Source: Dehalococcoidia bacterium
Lineage (GTDB): Bacteria > Chloroflexota > Dehalococcoidia > Lucifugimonadales > JAGWBF01
Direction of reading: 5' to 3'
DNA: 64,000 nucleotides
Assembly: GCA_034422875.1 (NCBI GenBank)
Contig: DAOUJI010000066.1
Coordinates: 8,714 to 72,713, forward strand
The notes below the pieces were generated by a model. It made no database searches. It was not told the DNA's origin and was given only the letters and a program-made list of their open reading frames with translations. The translations under genes were made by a program, and so were the position numbers. Shown here one piece after another: positions 1-9,084 of this stretch; within the stretch, counting starts at the first letter, position 1; each line of letters starts with the position of its first letter.

Positions 1-391
1 TCTCTTCGATGGGGGTGTTCGGGTCTGGGCGGTGGATGTAGTAGAGGTCGATGTAGTCCGTGTCGAGACGGCTAAGGCTGTCCTCGACGCAGTCGGTTAT
101 GTGCTTCCGGGAAGCTCCGCTCTCGTTTGGTCCCGATGCCCATAAGCTCCCGCCTTTGGTGGCCAGCACGATATCGCTCCGGCGTCGGCTTTTCAGGGCT
201 CGTCCGATGATTTCTTCCGACTCGCCCTTGCTGTACTGGTTGGCCGTGTCGATGAAGTTGACGCCAATCTCCAGGGCCCGGTCTAGCACAAGGTTGGACT
301 GGCGTTCGTCGGTCCGGCCGCCAAAGTTGTTGCAGCCCAGGCCCAGCACGGACACCTTGAGGCCGGAGTTGCCCAGGCGCCTATACTCCAT
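1..391 (-). CDS. aldo/keto reductase, N-terminal part (3' end lies beyond the window start)
   Basis: Absent from the ORF track because no stop lies inside the window. Reverse-strand reading from ATG (391-389) gives MEYRRLGNSGLKVSVLGLGCNNFGGRTDERQSNLVLDRALEIGVNFIDTANQYSKGESEEIIGRAL...LDTDYIDLYYIHRPD, a canonical AKR N-terminus. A GAGGTG Shine-Dalgarno lies a few nt upstream. Confidence 0.85.
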   Translation of the reverse strand, partial: MEYRRLGNSGLKVSVLGLGCNNFGGRTDERQSNLVLDRALEIGVNFIDTANQYSKGESEEIIGRALKSRRRSDIVLATKGGSLWASGPNESGASRKHITDCVEDSLSRLDTDYIDLYYIHRPDPNTPIEE

Positions 392-497
392 CGTTCACCT
401 CTAAAACGCCTCCCGGCGTAGGGATTGGGATAGCCCTAGCTTAGCCCCGAATGGACATCGATGCAAGTTTGGGAGGTTGAGACGGCCCTCACCCCAG

Positions 498-518
498 CCC
501 CCTCCCAGGGGGAGGGGG
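498..518. repeat. GC-tract palindromic hairpin (REP-like intergenic element)
   Basis: CCCCCTCCC (498-506) and GGGAGGGGG (510-518) form an inverted repeat in the divergent AKR/CoA-transferase intergenic region. Similar G/C-tract palindromes recur at 10877-10900, 32775-32900 and 42610-42676. Confidence 0.4.
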
Positions 519-618
519 GAAATCCGGTTGATAGGCGCCTACGGCTTGAATATAATGGCTCAGGCATTTTCCAATCCGGTGCCCGGCCTTTTTCGTTCCC
601 TGGGCCCACGAGGCGGCT

Positions 619-1902
619 ATGTCATCCAATCAACAACCTGACGACGCTCCCCTGACGCCCTACCGCGCACTGGACCTAACCGAGGGCGGGTTCAACTGGT
701 GCGGCAAGGTGCTGGCCGACATGGGCGCCGATGTCATCAAGGTGGAGCCAGTGGGCGGCTCCAACGCGCGCTTCAGGGGCCCCTTCTACAAGGACGATCC
801 GCATCCCGAGAAGAGCCTCTTCTGGTGGGCCTATTGCGTGAACAAGCGTGGGATCACGCTGGACATAGAGTCCGCCGACGGGAGGGAGCTTCTCAAGAAA
901 CTTGCCGCCAGGTCCGACTTCATCCTGGAGTCTTTCAAGCCCGGGTACATGGACAGCATCGGACTGGGCTACGAGGCCCTGTCGACCATCAATCCCGGCC
1001 TCATCATGACCTCCATGACTCCCTTCGGACAGACCGGCCCCTACGCCCACTTCAAGGCGACGGACATCGTGGCGTGGTCCATGGGAGGCCAACAGTACGC
1101 CAGCGGGGACGATGACCGGCCGCCGGTGAGGGTGAGCTTTCCCCAGGCGGAGCTCCACGGCGGCGCCCAGGGAGCCGCAGGCGCCATGACCGCGTTGTGG
1201 CAGCGCACCAAGTCGGGAGAGGGGCAGCAGGTCGACGTGTCCATGCAGACGTCGGTGATATGGACTTTGATGAACGCCACTCACCACCCGCCCATCATGG
1301 GCAACAACATGGAGCGGGCCGGAGGCGCCCGTAAACGGAACGGCCACCTTTTCAGGGCGATCTTCCAATGCCAGGACGGCTACGTAGTGGCCAACATCGG
1401 GGGAGGCGGCACCGCCGGCAGAGACACCACCGTGCCGGGCCTCATCCAGTGGATGGAGGAGGACGGGGTGAAGCCGGACTTCATGGCCGACGTGGACTAC
1501 AGCCGGTACAGCGCCATTGACACGGCGCTTTCAGGAGAGGATGGAGCCAAGCTCCAGCAGGCGACCCAGCAAGCCTTTTCCGACTTCCTGTCCACCAAGA
1601 CCAAGGGAGAAATCTATGCACGGGCCGTCAGTCACCGACTGTTTATGAGCCCATGCAACACGGTTAAGGACATCCGGGAAAGCGTCCAGCTTGAGGCCAG
1701 GGACTTCTGGCTGGAGCTTTACCATCCTGAAGTCGATGCAATGGTCACCTACTTGGGGCCGTATATCAAGATGGGTGAAAGCCCCATCAAGCTGCGCCGC
1801 GCCGCCCCCAAAATTGGGGAGCACAACGAAGACGTCTATATGGGCCTCCTGGACCTCAGCAGGGAACAATTGGTCAAATTGAAGGAGACCGGCGTCATAT
1901 AA
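619..1902 (+). CDS. family III CoA-transferase (CaiB/BaiF/Frc type)
   Basis: 427-aa ORF. The N-terminal LDLTEGGFNWCGKVLADMGADVIKVEP motif and the length are typical of CoA-transferase family III. Confidence 0.9.
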   Translation: MSSNQQPDDAPLTPYRALDLTEGGFNWCGKVLADMGADVIKVEPVGGSNARFRGPFYKDDPHPEKSLFWWAYCVNKRGITLDIESADGRELLKKLAARSDFILESFKPGYMDSIGLGYEALSTINPGLIMTSMTPFGQTGPYAHFKATDIVAWSMGGQQYASGDDDRPPVRVSFPQAELHGGAQGAAGAMTALWQRTKSGEGQQVDVSMQTSVIWTLMNATHHPPIMGNNMERAGGARKRNGHLFRAIFQCQDGYVVANIGGGGTAGRDTTVPGLIQWMEEDGVKPDFMADVDYSRYSAIDTALSGEDGAKLQQATQQAFSDFLSTKTKGEIYARAVSHRLFMSPCNTVKDIRESVQLEARDFWLELYHPEVDAMVTYLGPYIKMGESPIKLRRAAPKIGEHNEDVYMGLLDLSREQLVKLKETGVI

Positions 1903-2145
1903 CATCCGATATCGCCGGCTTCATCGCTCTTTGCCCTGGGTAGCCCACGGCGAACCCTCACGAAATTAGTCCGATTTTTCCTGTCGTGTCCATTACATAA
2001 GTTGGCATTGGGCGTCCTGACTTGTTCGTCTCTGGAGGATGGACGTCGAAAAACGGGACATAGTTCGCTTATAATAGTTACGAATTATGACTATTGTGAA
2101 GGATATCACGATAAGTTGTGAAATAAATCTCGAAGAAAAAAGGTA

Positions 2146-2174
2146 TTGACAAGCCTATACAGGTATGATAGTCT
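2146..2174 (+). promoter_or_regulatory. sigma70-type promoter (TTGACA, 17-nt spacer with TG, TAGTCT)
   Basis: TTGACA at 2146-2151, a 17-nt spacer ending in TGA (extended -10 TG), and TAGTCT at 2169-2174. An A/T-rich UP-like tract (about 2100-2145) precedes it. No protein-coding ORF follows on this strand. Confidence 0.5.
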
Positions 2175-2175
2175 A

Positions 2176-2315
2176 CGAATTGCCCCAAGCAACCGAGGGA
2201 CTGGCAGGTGGGGCCGAGTATGTGAACGAGGGTCCGGGCGACCGGGCCTCCGGGCAGCGGAAAGGTCGAAGGGCCGCAGGAGCGGAGTTGCTCGGGGCGC
2301 TTCTTTGTGCGCCGC
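2176..2315 (+). ncRNA. unclassified structured small RNA (ends estimated)
   Basis: Terminal helix CCCCAAGCAAC (2183-2193) pairs with GTTGCTCGGGG (2287-2297) with one mismatch. Internal elements are a GNRA-capped hairpin GGTCCGG-GCGA-CCGGGCC (2231-2248) and a GGTC-GAAG-GGCC hairpin (2264-2275). A 3' hairpin GGCGC-TTCTTTGT-GCGCC lies at 2296-2313. The family is not recognised. Confidence 0.35.
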
Positions 2316-2333
2316 TAGACGCCTTCTTGACCG

Positions 2334-4199
2334 TTAACGCAGGAACCGTTCGTCGCCCACCCGCCGGGTCACACGCTGCTGGTCCAGGTGCTCCATCAGG
2401 GGCAGGACATATTTTCGGCTGGCGTCCAGCAGGTCGCGGCCTTCCGCCACGGTTATCTTGCCGTGGTCTCTTGCGTAGGACACGATCCGGTCCACCATCT
2501 CCTTGTACGCGGACGCTGAGAAAACAACCGATTCGCTCACCCTCACTACCTTCCCTGTGTCGATGAGATAAGCGATCAGTTCGGAGTCGACTGGCTGATC
2601 GGTAGGTGGAGAGAAGGGGTCGGACTCCAGGGCGCGTAGATATTGGTCCGCCTGCTTAGCCTGGGCCGGACTAAGTGTCGGTTCATGATCCGGCAGGTTT
2701 GCGGATTGACCGTCCTGGGTCAACGCTCCCTCGGCTGATAGCCTGTCCATGGCCGCCTGAAATGCATCGGGGGGAAGGCCCAGGCGGTTTCTCAGCTCTT
2801 CCCTGGGCATCCCCTTTCTGAGGGGGTGCTGGCCATGGTAGTCCGAAAGAGTTTGCCGCACCTTTTCCTGCAGCATGGCCCATGCATGGGCTGAGTAGAC
2901 CAGCGTGTTGGGGCCGGGCGGGTTGGCGCCCAGAGCTATCAGGCGTCCTTCGGATTCCAACTCGGCGGACTGCGCCGAAGCCTCGTCCTGGGACAGGTTG
3001 GCCCTCTGGGCCAGGGATGACAACGGCATGGGCCCGAAATGGTCGGCGGCGTCCAACAGAGCGCCCTCTCCCGTGCCCTGCTCCATATCCGACAGGCGGC
3101 TTATGACGGACTCGATGAAGCGGCGGTGCCTGCGAGCCGGATAGGGGTCCACGACCTTGCCGCCGCCCAGGGTCGAGTCGGACGACCTGAGCACGAACAG
3201 GTCTCCTTTGACCACGGGGACCGGGTCAGTAAGATGGAGCTGGGCCCAGCCCTCTTCGCCAGGGTCTATGCGGTCGGCGTCCAAAAGCCTCACGCGGGCA
3301 AAGGCCTCGTTGGTGAATACGTGGAAAGAGACCGTTTCGTTGTGCTTGAGGGATCGAGGAGAGTCAGGACTGAGCCTCAACAGGGCGTCTACGCGGGACG
3401 TGGGCTGGAGCCAGCCCGACGTGGTCAGGACCTCACCTCGGTGGACTTCATCCCGTTCGATGCCCGATAGGTTCACCGCAAGCCTTCGTCCCGGGTCTGC
3501 TTCATCCAGCTTCTTCCTGTGGCTCTGCAGGCCCCGTATCCTGCCGCGTTCCCCCGAGGGCGCCAGCTGCACCTCCTGGCCCACGTTCAACGTCCCGTCT
3601 ATCAGCGTGCCGGTGACCACGGTGCCGAAACCGGCCACGGTGAAAGACCGGTCCACGGGCAGCCTTGGACGGCCCAGGTCTTTCCGGGTGTCCGTCTCGT
3701 CCAGCATGGAGTCGATGGCTTCCTTCAGCTCGTCCAGCCCTTGCCCGGTGTAGGCCGAGACAGGATGCATCGGCGCACCCTCAAAAGAAGTTCCCTGAAG
3801 GGCGTCCTCGACCTCTGCCTCCACCAGCTCCACCAACTCCTCTTCCACCAGGTCGCACTTTGTTATGGCCACCATGCCGCGCTTGATGCGAAGTATGTCC
3901 AGGATGGTCAGGTGTTCCCTGGTCTGGGGCATTACGCTTTCGTCGGCGGCTACGATGAGCAGGGCCAAATCGATTCCGCCCACGCCGGCCAGCATGTTCT
4001 TGATGAACCGTTCGTGGCCCGGCACGTCCACTATGCTGACCTCCCGGCCGGAAGGCAGTGTCATCCAGGCGAATCCCAGGTCGATGGTCATCTCCCGCTC
4101 CTTCTCTTGAGGAAGACGGTCGGGGTCGATGCTGGTGAGAGCCTTCACCAAGGTGGACTTGCCGTGGTCCACGTGGCCTGCGGTGCCAATTACGTACAT
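2334..4199 (-). CDS. selB: selenocysteine-specific translation elongation factor SelB
   Basis: Track ORF 2334-4295. The GTPase begins at MYVIGTAGHVDHGKSTLVKALT (ATG at 4199), followed by DPDRLPQEKEREMTIDLGFAW, DVPGHERF and TKCD. It is about 620 aa with a long C-terminal extension as in SelB, not EF-Tu. Confidence 0.9.
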   Translation of the reverse strand: MYVIGTAGHVDHGKSTLVKALTSIDPDRLPQEKEREMTIDLGFAWMTLPSGREVSIVDVPGHERFIKNMLAGVGGIDLALLIVAADESVMPQTREHLTILDILRIKRGMVAITKCDLVEEELVELVEAEVEDALQGTSFEGAPMHPVSAYTGQGLDELKEAIDSMLDETDTRKDLGRPRLPVDRSFTVAGFGTVVTGTLIDGTLNVGQEVQLAPSGERGRIRGLQSHRKKLDEADPGRRLAVNLSGIERDEVHRGEVLTTSGWLQPTSRVDALLRLSPDSPRSLKHNETVSFHVFTNEAFARVRLLDADRIDPGEEGWAQLHLTDPVPVVKGDLFVLRSSDSTLGGGKVVDPYPARRHRRFIESVISRLSDMEQGTGEGALLDAADHFGPMPLSSLAQRANLSQDEASAQSAELESEGRLIALGANPPGPNTLVYSAHAWAMLQEKVRQTLSDYHGQHPLRKGMPREELRNRLGLPPDAFQAAMDRLSAEGALTQDGQSANLPDHEPTLSPAQAKQADQYLRALESDPFSPPTDQPVDSELIAYLIDTGKVVRVSESVVFSASAYKEMVDRIVSYARDHGKITVAEGRDLLDASRKYVLPLMEHLDQQRVTRRVGDERFLR

Positions 4200-4302
4200 G
4201 AGGAAGCCTTCAAACCTGTTTTTGGGACGTCTACGCCATGCTGACCGAACACTCTGAGCTTGCCATATTCTAGTCGGATGGCTCCCATTTGGCACGTTGG
4301 GT

Positions 4303-5544
4303 TTACAGGAATTCTACGAACGCTTGATTCGAGAGCAGCATGCCCTTATCGGTGAGACGCAGCCGGCCGTCGGCGCACTCCAGGAGCCCCTGCCGAGTCA
4401 ACGCCTTGATCTGGGAGGCGTATAGTGCAAACGGGTCCACCGAAAACCGGTCTTTGAAAGCTTGAACGTCAATCCCCTCGGTAAGTCGCAGGCCCAGTAT
4501 CATGGTCTCTGCCATATCCAGCTCGGGAGAAATCTCCTCCCAGCCGTCCACGGTCAATGCCGAACCCAGCAGGGCGTCGTCAATCTCCGGGATTTCGCTG
4601 GAGCCGCCTCGCCAGTTTTCGTTCCATCGCTCAGCAAGCCTGATGTAGTCCCTGGGCGGCTTCACCGTCCAGAACCGTCGGCTGCCCAGCCGCGAGTGGG
4701 CCCCGGGGCCGACGCCCAGATACGGGAGGTTGCGCCAGTATGCCTTGTTGTGGAGACTCTCGTGCCCCGACAACGCCCAGTTCGAAATCTCGTAGCGGAC
4801 GTACCCTGCGTCGCCCAGACGTCCGCTGGCCAGTTCATACATGTCGGCGGCCAGGTCCGGGTCAGGCTCGGGCAGAGTTCCCCGGCCGACCCACTGCTCC
4901 ATGGGTGTGCCCTCTTCCAGGGTCAGGGCGTACAAAGACAGGTGTCCGGGCTCGGCTCCGGCCGCCGTCTCCACTGTGTCTCGCCATTGACCCAGAGTCT
5001 GGCCGGGAAGCCCGTATATCAAGTCCAGGTTCACTTGGTCGAATCCCGCTTCCCTGGCGGCTGAATGGGCTGCCAACGCCTCGTCCGCGCTGTGGCGACG
5101 GCCCAGCATCTTCAGCAGGCCATCGTCCAGGCTCTGCACCCCGATGCTGAGCCGCGTAGCTCCGATAGACTTCAGGGCGTCCAGGGTTTCTGGGGTCAGG
5201 TCTCCGGGATTGGCCTCGATGGTCACCTCTGCGTCTTCGGTCAACTCAAAGCCGGAAGATATGGTCTCCAGGATGCGGCCCAGGGATGCGGGGCCAAGAT
5301 AAGAAGGGGTGCCTCCTCCAAAGAACACGGTGTTGACTCGACGACTGTCCAAGACCCCGCCCCACAGCGTCAACTCGGTGGACAGGGCGTTTGCGTAAGG
5401 CTCCATCAGACCTTCGATGCCCTGGTAGGTGTTGAAGTCGCAGTAGGGGCACTTTGACAGGCAGAAGGGAACGTGAACGTACAGGGAGATGCCTGTGTCG
5501 GCAATGGAGAGTGAAGTCTTATTCATCCTGCTGGCGCTCTGCAA
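4303..5544 (-). CDS. hemW: radical SAM heme chaperone HemW / HemN-like protein
   Basis: Radical-SAM CxxxCxxC motif in YVHVPFCLSKCPYCDFNT, and HemN/HemW-like length. The start is uncertain (TTG at 5544 or ATG at 5526). Confidence 0.85.
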   Translation of the reverse strand: MQSASRMNKTSLSIADTGISLYVHVPFCLSKCPYCDFNTYQGIEGLMEPYANALSTELTLWGGVLDSRRVNTVFFGGGTPSYLGPASLGRILETISSGFELTEDAEVTIEANPGDLTPETLDALKSIGATRLSIGVQSLDDGLLKMLGRRHSADEALAAHSAAREAGFDQVNLDLIYGLPGQTLGQWRDTVETAAGAEPGHLSLYALTLEEGTPMEQWVGRGTLPEPDPDLAADMYELASGRLGDAGYVRYEISNWALSGHESLHNKAYWRNLPYLGVGPGAHSRLGSRRFWTVKPPRDYIRLAERWNENWRGGSSEIPEIDDALLGSALTVDGWEEISPELDMAETMILGLRLTEGIDVQAFKDRFSVDPFALYASQIKALTRQGLLECADGRLRLTDKGMLLSNQAFVEFL

Positions 5545-5548
5545 ACGT

Positions 5549-6625
5549 TCACACGTTGAACAGGAAGATGATTACGTCGCCGTCCTTGACCGGGTAGCCT
5601 TTCCCCTCAAGGCGGAACACTCCCTGCTTCTTGCACTGGGCTATGGAGCCGCAGGCGGCCAGGTCGTCATAGGCCACCACCTCGGCTCGTATGAATCCCC
5701 TCTCGATGTCCGAGTGTATCTGACCAGCCGCGGCCGGAGCGGGCGTTCCTGAGGGGACGGACCAGGCCCGGACCTCCTTGGGGCCGTAAGTGAAGAAGGA
5801 AACCAGATTGAGAAGCTCATGGCACTTGGCCGCAAGTCGATCGAGGCCCGATTCCCCAACGCCCAACGACTCCCGAAACTGCCTCTCCTCCTCCGGCTCC
5901 AGCATGGACAACTCTTCCTCCAGCTTGGCGCACACCGTCACCGCTGGTGCGTCTCCGGGGACACCGTCAACGCCAGGGCTTGAAGCAGCCTCGTCTTCAC
6001 CTATGTTCAACGCGACAAGCAGGGGCTTGGCCGTGAGCAACTGGTAGTTGTTCATAAAGGCGAGATCGTCCGGTTCCAGGTTCTGCCCCCGTACTGGGAC
6101 CCCCTGGTCCAGGGCGCCCGCCAGCTTAGCCGCCAGGGCGTCCTCCCGCACCAGCATGTCACGCTCGTGGCCCTTGGCTCCCTTCATAGACGCCTGGATG
6201 CGCTCCCGCCTGCGTTCGAGAATAGCCTGGTCGGAAAAGAGCAGTTCGGCCTCCATCTCCTCCATGTCTCTCCGGGGGTCTACGCTGCCCTTGGAGTGGG
6301 GCACGGCAGGGTCTTCGAAGCGGCGCACGACGTGCACCAGCGCGTCGACGCCCTGGACTGCGTTCAGGAACTGGCCCGCAATTCCCTGCCTGTCTTCGCC
6401 ATAGGGAGATGGAACATCCAGGAATCGCATTTCCACTGGCACGATTTTGAGTGGGTTAAATATTCCGGCCAGCGTATCCAGCCTGGGGTCGGCCATGTGA
6501 GTAACGCCGGTGTTGATTTCCATGCGGGAGGAGCCGTGGGATGCGGCTTCGGCGCGACCTCGCGTCAGCGCTCGCAGTAGAGTGGTTTTTCCGCTCTGAG
6601 GCAGGCCGATTAAAGCCAGTTCCAT
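5549..6625 (-). CDS. ychF: YchF/OLA1-type ribosome-binding ATPase
   Basis: N-terminal P-loop LIGLPQSGKTTLLRALT. The C-terminal TGS/YchF-type domain reads ...IHSDIERGFIRAEVVAYDDL...GKGYPVKDGDVIIFLFNV. Confidence 0.8.
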   Translation of the reverse strand: MELALIGLPQSGKTTLLRALTRGRAEAASHGSSRMEINTGVTHMADPRLDTLAGIFNPLKIVPVEMRFLDVPSPYGEDRQGIAGQFLNAVQGVDALVHVVRRFEDPAVPHSKGSVDPRRDMEEMEAELLFSDQAILERRRERIQASMKGAKGHERDMLVREDALAAKLAGALDQGVPVRGQNLEPDDLAFMNNYQLLTAKPLLVALNIGEDEAASSPGVDGVPGDAPAVTVCAKLEEELSMLEPEEERQFRESLGVGESGLDRLAAKCHELLNLVSFFTYGPKEVRAWSVPSGTPAPAAAGQIHSDIERGFIRAEVVAYDDLAACGSIAQCKKQGVFRLEGKGYPVKDGDVIIFLFNV

Positions 6626-6651
6626 AGGGGCTGTCTCGATGACGGAGGCCG

Positions 6652-7032
6652 CTACTGGGGCGGCTCGTCCTCGTCTATAATCCGCCCGCTGCCGTCAACA
6701 ACTCTGTCACCGTCTCGGGGCCCCCTCCTGTAATCACGCCTGACTCTCCACGGGGCATACTCTTCGACAACTTCCCGTGGAGCAAGATTCAACAGCATGT
6801 ATACAGCCACCGACAACACGATGAAGTATCCAGCGTACCCAATCAGAGGGACCCGGGAAACGGGTGTCAGGAAGTAGATGAGGGTTCCCGGAATCAAGAG
6901 TTTCAATAGAATGTTCACCCTCTTGTCGGTGATGAGCTTCCAGACCACATAGACAGTCCGTATCAGCCTCGGGAGAATAATCGGGCCGAACAAGAGAAGG
7001 AACGGATATGCCAAGCGCCATATCATGGCCAT
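6652..7032 (-). CDS. small hypothetical membrane protein
   Basis: 126-aa ORF with about three hydrophobic helices and a charged C-terminal tail. No family recognised. Confidence 0.5.
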   Translation of the reverse strand: MAMIWRLAYPFLLLFGPIILPRLIRTVYVVWKLITDKRVNILLKLLIPGTLIYFLTPVSRVPLIGYAGYFIVLSVAVYMLLNLAPREVVEEYAPWRVRRDYRRGPRDGDRVVDGSGRIIDEDEPPQ

Positions 7033-7121
7033 GCCTCAATCTCCATTATATCCCAGAGGTGTGCTATCTTTGAAGACGCGCCCCGAAAGAGCGCAATGGC
7101 CGGGTGTCCTGAAGCCACTCT

Positions 7122-7772
7122 ATGTATGTATTTCTAGATGAATCGGGTAATTTGGACTTTAGCTCTCGCGGCACACGGCATTTTGTGTTGACCAGTGTCA
7201 GCATGACGAGGCCCTTCCAAGTCACCGAAGCTCTCGAAGCCTACAAATATGACTGTCTCGACTATGGTTTATCACAGGAATACTTCCACTGCGCCGACGA
7301 CAATGCGCATGTACGCACCAGGGTGTTTGACATCATCTGTGCGCACCTCGATGGCATAGAGGTAAACAGCCTGATCGTAGACAAACGCAAGACCAGTCCC
7401 GCGTTACAGTCCGAACATCGTTTTTACCCGGAGATGCTGGGCAATCTCGTCAAGTTCGTACTCTCCAGACCCTCCCACATGGAAGCCGATGAAGTCATTA
7501 TCATTACCGACACAGTTCCGTTGCATAGGAGACGTCAAGCTATAGAAAAAGCCATCAAGAGCGCCCTGGCAAGAATGGTTCCCAGCGGTACAAGGTATCG
7601 TGTCCTACACCACGATTCCCGGTCCCATCATGGGCTGCAGATTGCGGACTACTGTTGCTGGGCAATCTTCCGAAAGCATGAAAAGGGAGACCAGGTTGCC
7701 TTTGACCGCCTCCGTCCCGCAATGGGGAGCGAGTTTGACATCTTCAGGAGGGGGACAAAGTATTACTATTGA
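7122..7772 (+). CDS. DUF3800 family protein
   Basis: N-terminal MYVFLDESGNLDF and C-terminal HHGLQIADYCCWAI fit the DUF3800 signature (DESG ... QxAD). G+C is visibly lower than in the flanks. Confidence 0.7.
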   Translation: MYVFLDESGNLDFSSRGTRHFVLTSVSMTRPFQVTEALEAYKYDCLDYGLSQEYFHCADDNAHVRTRVFDIICAHLDGIEVNSLIVDKRKTSPALQSEHRFYPEMLGNLVKFVLSRPSHMEADEVIIITDTVPLHRRRQAIEKAIKSALARMVPSGTRYRVLHHDSRSHHGLQIADYCCWAIFRKHEKGDQVAFDRLRPAMGSEFDIFRRGTKYYY

Positions 7773-7791
7773 CCTTAGACTGAAAAAATGA

Positions 7792-7857
7792 CCCCCCCAA
7801 CTACTCCCTTACGGGAGAGAGCCCCTTGGGCTCTTGTCATTGGGGGGGAACCTTTTG
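7792..7857 (+). terminator. Y-shaped (three-way junction) structure, possible terminator after the DUF3800 gene
   Basis: CCCCCCCAA (7792-7800) pairs with TTGGGGGGG (7840-7848). The pair encloses two hairpins, CTCCC-TTAC-GGGAG (7804-7817) and AGAGCCC-CTT-GGGCTCT (7818-7834). CCTTTTG follows. Confidence 0.4.
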
Positions 7858-7995
7858 ACCATCTTCACTGTAGCAAATCCTAACTGGGATAACAATCCTC
7901 GTTCGGTCTCCTCAACAGGGTTCAGTCGTTTATAATTCCCACAGAAATTCGGTCAACTAGGGAATCATAACAGTCTTGGAAGCGGCGGGAGGTGT

Positions 7996-9018
7996 GTGAC
8001 GGCGCCGGCTCAAGTCCTCTACGGAGATGACTTCTTAGTTTCAGAAGCCCTGAGGGAGCTGCGCGACGGTGTGGGCCCCGACGAACTGCGGGACGCCAAC
8101 AGCCACCGTCTGGCCGGGGCCGACGTGTCTCCCCAGGACATCCAGGCCGTATGCAACGCCGTTCCCTTTCTTGCATCATACCGGCTTGTGATCGTGGAGG
8201 GACTGCTTGGGCGTTTCGAGTCGTCGTCGCCGCCCCGCAGAGGCTCCAGGGGAGGCAGGCAGGGGTCTCAATCGTCGAGAACCTCCACCGCCGGTTGGGA
8301 CGATTTGGCCCGGTATATAGCCTCCGATATGCCTCCGACAACCGTGTTGGCCTTTGTGGACGAGCGGGTTATGAGGAACAACCCAATGCTGGCCATCCTC
8401 AGACCGGCTGCGGAAGTGAAAGAGCTGGCCACTCCTGCTGGAGAAGCCCTGGCCCGCTGGATAAAGGAGCGCGCCTCAGCCAAGGGCGCCCAGATTACCC
8501 CCGGAGCCATCCGCCTCTTGTCCCAGTTCGTGGGAGGGAACCTGCGGGTCCTGGATGGAGAGCTGGAGAAGCTCTCACTGTACGCTAGGCGGCCTGTGGA
8601 ACGTCCCATAGAAGACTCCGACGTGAGGGCTCTTGTCTCTCAGGCAAGGGAGGCCAACATATTCGCCGGAGTGGACGCGCTGATGGATGGCCGCTCCGGG
8701 GCGGCGCTTCAAAACATCCAGCAGCTTAGAAGCGACGGGGCGGACTTCTCCTACATAGTGGCCATGACAGCCCGTCAGCTGCGCTTAGTGGCCCTGGCGA
8801 AGGACCTCTTGGATCGGGGTCATAAGCAGGCGGAGCTTGGCGGTAAGCTGGGAATACGGCAGGACTTTGCGGTCAGGCGCACAGCCGACCAGGCCCGGAA
8901 GAGGTCATGGAGCGGCATACGGCAGCTCTATGGAAAACTGCTGGAGACCGACCTTGCCGTGAAAGAAGGCCGTTTGGATGAAGACGTGGCCCTGGAGCTC
9001 CTGGCCAGCCTGAACTGA
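7996..9018 (+). CDS. holA: DNA polymerase III subunit delta
   Basis: 340-aa ORF with a GTG start. The N-terminal VLYGDDFLVSEALRELR and the overall length are typical of HolA. Confidence 0.8.
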   Translation: MTAPAQVLYGDDFLVSEALRELRDGVGPDELRDANSHRLAGADVSPQDIQAVCNAVPFLASYRLVIVEGLLGRFESSSPPRRGSRGGRQGSQSSRTSTAGWDDLARYIASDMPPTTVLAFVDERVMRNNPMLAILRPAAEVKELATPAGEALARWIKERASAKGAQITPGAIRLLSQFVGGNLRVLDGELEKLSLYARRPVERPIEDSDVRALVSQAREANIFAGVDALMDGRSGAALQNIQQLRSDGADFSYIVAMTARQLRLVALAKDLLDRGHKQAELGGKLGIRQDFAVRRTADQARKRSWSGIRQLYGKLLETDLAVKEGRLDEDVALELLASLN

Positions 9019-9084
9019 CGGATGCGGGTGAGTTCGTTCCCGAGGGGTTTCCGGGCGCCGTTGACACTTCGCCTGTCGGGTCGG

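Noticed and set aside
2183-2297. The structured RNA next to selB might be tRNA-Sec (selC) or SRP/4.5S RNA
   Set aside because: Neither strand has a GGTTCGA-type T-loop, an 8+5 acceptor/T-arm arrangement or a UCA anticodon loop. The highly conserved SRP domain IV string (GGUCC-GGAA-GGAAGCAGCC) is also absent. It is kept only as an unclassified RNA.
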